Assembly (NCBI GenBank): GCA_027320085.1
Contig: DAHVLZ010000012.1
Span: 1-15,800 of the forward strand
Origin: Pseudomonadota bacterium
GTDB lineage: Bacteria; Pseudomonadota; Gammaproteobacteria; JAKAQQ01
Direction: 5' to 3'
DNA length: 15,800 nt
The notes beneath the pieces were generated by a model. The model ran no database searches. It worked only from the letters and a program-made list of their open reading frames with translations, and was not told where the DNA came from. Below, in pieces: positions 1-5,245 of this stretch. Position 1 is the first letter of the stretch; the number at the start of each line of letters is the position of its first letter. The translations under genes and the position numbers were made by a program.

Positions 1-3
1 TCG

Positions 4-522
4 ATGAAAAGCAAGAGACGCAACGGTGCTCGCAATTTTTACTTGATGAACAAGCCAGGCAGGTGGATTGTCCTCGTGCTGCTTTGCTTGTCATCAATAA
101 CCGCGAGTTTCGCCCAGCCGCCCGCCGGCATCCCGGTTGCCGGACTGCGATCCGGTTTCGGATCGCCAGCCCCGCACGCCAGGAACATCAGCCGGGATCC
201 AAGGTTTGCGGTATACGAGTGGAAGGTTGATGGCGACAGGATTTTTCAGATCAACAGTTCCACGGGCGAGCGTTTGGATGTCGTGACTGTGGCGCCGGAT
301 GGGTACGGTCCGGCACAGGGTATCTCCATGTCGAGCCGCTCTCATGCGCCCCACCACGTGCAACCCGGGGCTGGTGGAGGAGGCCGATGCCCGTGCTCCG
401 CTTCGGTTCTGACTTCAGGACCTTGGGGTGCGGTCATCGGTGTTTATGGTGCAGGGAAAGCCTTACTGAACGTCGTTGCCATCTGTGATAAAGGGGATTC
501 CTGCACGACCCATGGACAATAA
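4..522 (+). CDS. Exported hypothetical protein with Cys-containing C-terminus (start may be ATG at 46)
   Basis: From M15 there is a Sec-type signal peptide (MNKPGRWIVLVLLCLSSITASFA|Q). It is followed by a beta-rich segment (FAVYEWKVDGDRIFQIN) and C-terminal CPCS and CDKGDSC motifs. Confidence 0.65.
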   Translation: MKSKRRNGARNFYLMNKPGRWIVLVLLCLSSITASFAQPPAGIPVAGLRSGFGSPAPHARNISRDPRFAVYEWKVDGDRIFQINSSTGERLDVVTVAPDGYGPAQGISMSSRSHAPHHVQPGAGGGGRCPCSASVLTSGPWGAVIGVYGAGKALLNVVAICDKGDSCTTHGQ

Positions 523-830
523 CGAACCCGCTGGCGAATACCGTGCTGCCGGATTTGAGGATCCGTTCTCCAAAAACGGCATGGGGATTCCCAACTCCGG
601 TTCCTGATGCCGTTGCTGTTTGGCGCAGCGATCGCAGGGGTTGGACCCAACCCCAAGGGGGTACTCCGGGGTCGCAATAGGGTGACGGTCTGTGCCAGCA
701 AGGTCATTGGATCTGCTCCAGGGCGTGGTGTGGGAGCAACCCCCGGTCGATCTGCATGTCCTTTCCCGAGGTTTTCCTGTGGAAGGAGGCATGCGGATCC
801 TCCGTCCTGACCGGCGGCGGATGGTCATGG

Positions 831-876
831 TGGTATAGTTTGATTTGAACAGGCTGGGGTGCAGTCTGTCAGGAGG
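831..876 (+). promoter_or_regulatory. Possible extended -10 element and RBS for the 882 ORF
   Basis: TGgTATAGT at 831-839 fits TGn+TATAAT. AGGAGG at 871-876 lies 5 nt before ATG 882. No convincing -35 hexamer. Confidence 0.4.
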
Positions 877-881
877 AAGCC

Positions 882-1595
882 ATGAACGACTGGAGGCCAG
901 TCGGATCTGGGATCAGGACGGGGTGGAAGGTTCCAGGCGGAGTTCTCGGGGTCGTGCTGTGCGTGATGGCGACGGGATGGTCGGTGGGGGTATGGGGTCG
1001 AGCGATGGCCTCTCCGCCGCCGGGATCGGTATCGCGGAAGGCGGGTCGGGGGACCGGGGTTGTGGAACTCCCGCGGTGGCGGACGACCAAGCTCGGTCGG
1101 ATTCTGGTGGTGGGGCACCGGATCCGGATTCCCAAACTCGTGGTTTTCGAGATCATCAAGGCGGCCTTGAAACGCACGTGGTCGACCTCGCCCCGGGACG
1201 GGAACCAGATCGTCTGCCAGTTTCACTACCCCATGGGTTCCCATATCCAGGACCAGGCGGTGCTGTTCTGCCAGACCAACAATGAGCATTTCCAGTTCCA
1301 GGAAAGGCATTGGTTCATGAATATCAGTGGACGCGATGGTGGGGCTATCCCGGGCACGATTCGGGGCCCTTTGGAGTTTCAGGAGTTTCAGACGGACCAG
1401 ATGCATTTGGTGGATCCGGGCCGTTTGCGTCGTCTCCTGGCGAAGTTGCCGGCGGCGGGCGGGCGTTACGAGTTCGAGGTGACGAAGCACGGGCATCCAG
1501 AGTCGGAGTGGTTCATGAACCGGGGGAAAGTGGTCAAGGTGATCTACTTCCGGAAGAAGGCGAAGGCGAGCCTCCGGTCGAAACCGGGCCGGTAA
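882..1595 (+). CDS. Exported/membrane-anchored hypothetical protein
   Basis: Strong RBS, N-terminal hydrophobic stretch (GGVLGVVLCVMATGWSVGVWGRAMA), paired-Cys motif IVCQFHYPMGSHI...VLFCQTN, and consistent GC-rich codon usage in this frame. Confidence 0.7.
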   Translation: MNDWRPVGSGIRTGWKVPGGVLGVVLCVMATGWSVGVWGRAMASPPPGSVSRKAGRGTGVVELPRWRTTKLGRILVVGHRIRIPKLVVFEIIKAALKRTWSTSPRDGNQIVCQFHYPMGSHIQDQAVLFCQTNNEHFQFQERHWFMNISGRDGGAIPGTIRGPLEFQEFQTDQMHLVDPGRLRRLLAKLPAAGGRYEFEVTKHGHPESEWFMNRGKVVKVIYFRKKAKASLRSKPGR

Positions 1596-1775
1596 GAGCG
1601 GATGGGTCGAATGCGGGAGTTCGGATCATGGGAACCGGCCCGCCGAGTTTCCGTTTGGCCGTACCCGTCTCCAAGTCGCGCCGCGTAATCGGTCGTGGCC
1701 GAAGGATCCCTGTGCCCGTTGTGATGATTGGCCGGCAGGACGAGTGCTCTGCTCTCACGAAATGAGGATCGGTTC

Positions 1776-2246
1776 ATGTTCAAAGAGCCTGTCCCGCCTT
1801 CCGTAGGCCAGATTAATCTGGTTGTCGACGATGTCGCAGCATCCGTCGCCTTTTATCGCGAACTGGGGCTCAATATCGAGACCGCAACGGCTCCAGGATG
1901 GGCGCATCATCATGCAAGCGTGCTTTGCGGGAATGGGTTTCGGTTGGAAATCGACAGCAGGGACTTTTCCCTGCAATGGAATCCAGGGTTCACGCAAAAC
2001 CCGGGAAGGGGTGGGTTCGTCATCTTTATCATGGTTGCAGAGCGGAACCTGGTCGATACCCTTTTCAAAAGGATGGAGTCAAGGGGTAGCCCGGTACAGA
2101 AAACACCCGAAGATGCCTTCTGGGGGGCGCGTTATGCAATCGTCGAGGATCCGGATGGCAATTCGGTGGGGATCATGAGCCCTGTAGACCCGACGCGGCG
2201 TTTTGCTCCGCCCTTATTTACCGAATGGAGGAGTCCCAAGATATGA
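1776..2246 (+). CDS. VOC family (glyoxalase/bleomycin resistance-like) protein
   Basis: Classic VOC motifs INLVVDDVAASVAFYRELG and PEDAFWGARYAIVEDPDGNSVGI. GAGGA RBS precedes ATG 1776, which is in frame with the track ORF 1728. Confidence 0.9.
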   Translation: MFKEPVPPSVGQINLVVDDVAASVAFYRELGLNIETATAPGWAHHHASVLCGNGFRLEIDSRDFSLQWNPGFTQNPGRGGFVIFIMVAERNLVDTLFKRMESRGSPVQKTPEDAFWGARYAIVEDPDGNSVGIMSPVDPTRRFAPPLFTEWRSPKI

Positions 2247-2264
2247 GGCGCGGAGGCATCTAGG

Positions 2265-3200
2265 ATGAACTGGGCACGTAGAGCGGTGGTTACGGGTGTT
2301 CTACTGATGGCAGGTTTTGCCGGCAGTCAGCCGGTGTTTGCGAATTTGACCGGCACCTATGTGGCCGCCGATATCTATCAGGCATTCGAAATTCAAATGA
2401 TCGAAACAGCCCGTAAGCGGCTCATTGGCCATTATGAAGAGGTCGACTTCAATAAGGCGGCGCAGGCGACGACCACTGACGCCTCGGTGACTGGGCGCGT
2501 GGCCGGTCGGCTCGTGATCATGACACTGAAGACACATGAATTTCTGTCCTCGCCCATAACGCTCTCCGGGTCATTTCATGGGCGGCATCTGGTGCTCCAG
2601 GGTGGTGGAGGGAACGACACGATGCGGCTCCTTATGGTAAAGGCCAGTCAAGCTGTCTTTACCCGCGCGGTGGCGATTTTGCGCCAGCATGCGCTTGTTC
2701 TGGCCGCGGTGGCGCAAAAAAACAAACAACGAGAAGAGCGGATAGTAGCGGATCATCGGTTGGTATACCGATTGCGCAAATTGATCGCTAATATCAAAAC
2801 GCTTCCCGCCAGGGGACGAGTGGAGATTGCCTACCTTCGCCGGGCGGATACTGCGTACCGGACTATTACAGCTCAAATGCGTGCCGGCTATTCTCATGAA
2901 CTCTCTATCGCGCCCTCTGGTCCCTATGGACAATCCCAATACGCTCGCGGTCAAGTGTCAATGAAGCAGTTTGGCACTCTTGTGAAAGGGTATGCGCAGG
3001 TATGTCGAGTGCGACAGGAAAATCCGAAGACCGTGTCCTCGGTTGCTGACGCATGCGCCAGCTTTCTGGTATTAGTCCCCGTGTTTGACAAGGAAAACGC
3101 GAAGATCGTCAAGGCGTTTCTCAGGGCAAGGGCAACATGGCGGCAGCAAAGACCAGAGCAGGAGGCGATCGACAGACAAGCTCAGAAGGGGGGCATGTGA
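2265..3200 (+). CDS. Exported hypothetical protein (N-terminal beta domain, C-terminal helical region)
   Basis: GGAGG RBS upstream, signal peptide (MNWARRAVVTGVLLMAGFAGSQPVFA|N), 311-aa open frame starting 18 nt after the VOC stop (probably co-transcribed). Confidence 0.7.
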   Translation: MNWARRAVVTGVLLMAGFAGSQPVFANLTGTYVAADIYQAFEIQMIETARKRLIGHYEEVDFNKAAQATTTDASVTGRVAGRLVIMTLKTHEFLSSPITLSGSFHGRHLVLQGGGGNDTMRLLMVKASQAVFTRAVAILRQHALVLAAVAQKNKQREERIVADHRLVYRLRKLIANIKTLPARGRVEIAYLRRADTAYRTITAQMRAGYSHELSIAPSGPYGQSQYARGQVSMKQFGTLVKGYAQVCRVRQENPKTVSSVADACASFLVLVPVFDKENAKIVKAFLRARATWRQQRPEQEAIDRQAQKGGM

Positions 3201-3349
3201 GGCAGCTGGAATCTCATCAATCACTGTCAGGTTGTGCAAGGAGATAGGCATGACAAGCCACGGTTCATTTGGCTTTGGTCGTCACCACAACGAGTTGGAC
3301 CGCTGCTGGTTGTATCCATCATGCCGGTCGGGACGTGCAACTTGGGTTC

Positions 3350-3631
3350 AGGGGGTGCTGGCTGGATAACGTCTTCGTCAAGCGCCTCTGGCGCAGTGTC
3401 AAGTATGAATGAGGTGTATCTCAAGGCCTACGATCAAATCCGGAAGCACGGCACTCTCCTGCCACAGACTTCCATTTCTATAATTTATGAACGGCATCAT
3501 CGGGCCTTGAACCGGCAGACACCATGGCAGGGCTCCATCGTGGTGACGCTGGAGCAGGTAGGCCTGACCAACCCGGCGGACGTTCTCCCCAAGAACCCGG
3601 AGAAACTGCCCAAGGGATGGGGTCCACCTAG
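3350..3631 (+). mobile_element. Degenerate IS3-family transposase 3' fragment with right inverted repeat
   Basis: Across frameshifts the DNA reads RGCWLDNVFVKRLWRSVKYE/EVYLKAYD...EARHS..DFHFYN/YERHHRALNRQTPWQ. This matches the IS3 OrfB integrase-core C-terminus (DNxFVERLWRSVKYEEVYL...FYNxxRxHxxL). There is an extra T at 3410, and the catalytic E is replaced by K. An IR-like end AAACTGCCCAAGGGATGGGGTCCACCTA lies at 3603-3630. Confidence 0.85.
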
Positions 3632-3644
3632 GAACTATTAGGTC

Positions 3645-4367
3645 ATGAATCACGAGATGACAGAAGAAGAAAAACGCATTGAGGCGGAAGCTCTGGAGTT
3701 TGCGCGCAAGAACAAGAAGGTTATTGCCAGACGCCTGACTGATACGGCGAAATACCAGCCGGAAGATCACCCGGTGTCTGTATTCATGGCCGGTTCACCT
3801 GGGGCGGGCAAGACCGAGGCTTCCATCGAATTGATCGAGGCCTTCAAAAGACAGGCCGTGATGCGAATTGATCCTGACGATCTCCGCCGTGAATTCCCTG
3901 GATACAATGGTGCAAACGCCTGGTTGTTCCAGAAGGCTGTCTCGGTGTTGGTTGATAAAATCCATGACTTGGTGCTGGGCCAAGGCCAGAGCTTTTTGCT
4001 GGATGGAACGCTGTCCCACTACGAAAAAGCGCTGGAAAATATCCGGCGATCCTTGAGAAAGGATCGGACGATCCAAATATTGTATGTGTATCAGGCGCCC
4101 ATGCAGGCATGGCATTTCGTGCAGGTACGAGAAGAGTCTGAGGGCCGACGCATACGGCCCGAGGATTTCGTGGACCAATACTTTGCGGCCCGCATGGTGG
4201 CCAATCGGTTAAAAAGGGAATTGGGCGACTCCATCAGCCTGGACCTGTTGATGAAAAATAACGACAATTCCAGCCGGTTTTACCGTGCTGGCGTGGACCA
4301 GATTGACTACCACATCCCGGAGCAGGTCAGCCGTGAGGACCTTGAACGGCTACTAGCTCTCAAGTAA
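3645..4367 (+). CDS. Zeta toxin family P-loop kinase (start may be ATG 3657)
   Basis: Walker A MAGSPGAGKTE, IDPDDLR motif, Walker B-like FLLDGT and lid motif REESEGR are all typical of Zeta_toxin/AAA_33 kinases. Confidence 0.9.
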   Translation: MNHEMTEEEKRIEAEALEFARKNKKVIARRLTDTAKYQPEDHPVSVFMAGSPGAGKTEASIELIEAFKRQAVMRIDPDDLRREFPGYNGANAWLFQKAVSVLVDKIHDLVLGQGQSFLLDGTLSHYEKALENIRRSLRKDRTIQILYVYQAPMQAWHFVQVREESEGRRIRPEDFVDQYFAARMVANRLKRELGDSISLDLLMKNNDNSSRFYRAGVDQIDYHIPEQVSREDLERLLALK

Positions 4368-4376
4368 AATACTGTC

Positions 4377-4538
4377 ATGGCACTGTTCTCCAAATCTAAA
4401 CGGGCGGCTTCTACGCCGTTCTCTGATTTCATCCGCGAGGCATCTTCTGCCGAGAAGAAGCGCGTGTATGAGAGCGTCCTGAAGAAGGCTTCCAAGCGCC
4501 AGAATCAGTTGCTGCGTACCGTTTCGGTCTCCAAGTAA
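4377..4538 (+). CDS. 53-aa basic helical protein, candidate partner/antitoxin of the zeta-like kinase
   Basis: Not in the ORF track. ATG lies 9 nt after the zeta stop and reads MALFSKSKRAASTPFSDFIREASSAEKKRVYESVLKKASKRQNQLLRTVSVSK*. It shows an amphipathic helical pattern. I recall similar STPFSDFIR..ASS.EKKRVY peptides next to this zeta subfamily (not verified). Confidence 0.75.
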   Translation: MALFSKSKRAASTPFSDFIREASSAEKKRVYESVLKKASKRQNQLLRTVSVSK

Positions 4539-4687
4539 TTTGCTGACTAACGTTTAGCCGTTTTATTGGCTACGATCTCCTTTGGCTATAGGGAATGGTA
4601 GCCGTGAGCGAAGCTGAACCCGAGCTGAATACATTGATCCCGCCCTTGTGGTGGTCGGTTGGGGTGAGGTCGGAGGCAGTCGCATAC

Positions 4688-5089
4688 GCCGCGTTTGCCC
4701 TTGCGCCGTTCTCAAAAGTAGGCCCCGTCGAGTTCAATCTCGCCTTTCAATCGTCCGGTTTCAAGCTCAATGAGATGGAATAACGCCTCGCGCAGCCGCT
4801 GGGGGCGACCTGCACGTCAACTCCCAAGTCCTGCGCCAGCCGTCAGGGGGCACCAGCCGATAGAAGCCGCCCAAGATAGCGATCTCCCAGCGCAACCGGC
4901 TGAGGCCCTCCATTCTGGTGCAGCGGGGGTCGCCGCATTTCACATAACTGCGCGCGCTGCGCAGTAACTTGAGCGAGCCACAAGAATACCCACTTGCAAC
5001 CCCTCAAAAGTTCGTCGCACAACTGAAATGGTTCTTTTCCCCTCGTAATCATGGGCAGTGACCTTACTCCTTAGGGTTACGAAACGCCC
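4688..5089 (-). pseudogene. Degenerate IS1595-family transposase 5' fragment
   Basis: The minus strand reads, across frameshifts, a Zn-ribbon-like SCGSLKLLRSARSYVKCGDPRC, an HTH-like RLAQDLGVDVQVA, then QRLREALFHLIELETGRLKGEIELDGAYF*ERRKGKRG. This matches the IS1595 signature GxIExDExYFGGxRKGKRGRG, with GG decayed to TGA-GAA at 4714-4709. The left end is uncertain (possible IR near 5069-5089). Confidence 0.8.
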
Positions 5090-5173
5090 TGATTGCCTAG
5101 CAAAGATTGCAAGGCCTGCGCTGGGAGACGACGGTTTCGTCGAGCGGCTTTGGCACTCTGTTGTGAGGTGCTG

Positions 5174-5240
5174 TTGACAGTGCTTTTCCGGGCTGGGTAT
5201 GATCAGCTTGGCGGTCAGGAAAGACGGCCGAGCTAAGGAG
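5174..5240 (+). promoter_or_regulatory. Sigma70-type promoter and RBS of the Sel1-repeat gene
   Basis: TTGACA (5174-5179), 18-nt spacer, TATGAT (5198-5203). TAAGGAG at 5234-5240 lies 5 nt before ATG 5246. Confidence 0.75.
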
Positions 5241-5245
5241 TCCTC

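Noticed and set aside
1-3200. Integron cassette array explaining the co-oriented small genes
   Set aside because: No paired RYYYAAC/GTTRRRY attC structures between these genes, and they have their own RBSs.
4595-5052. Short ORFs 4595-4783, 4770-4967 and 4843-5052
   Set aside because: They overlap the IS1595 relic and are better explained as incidental frames.
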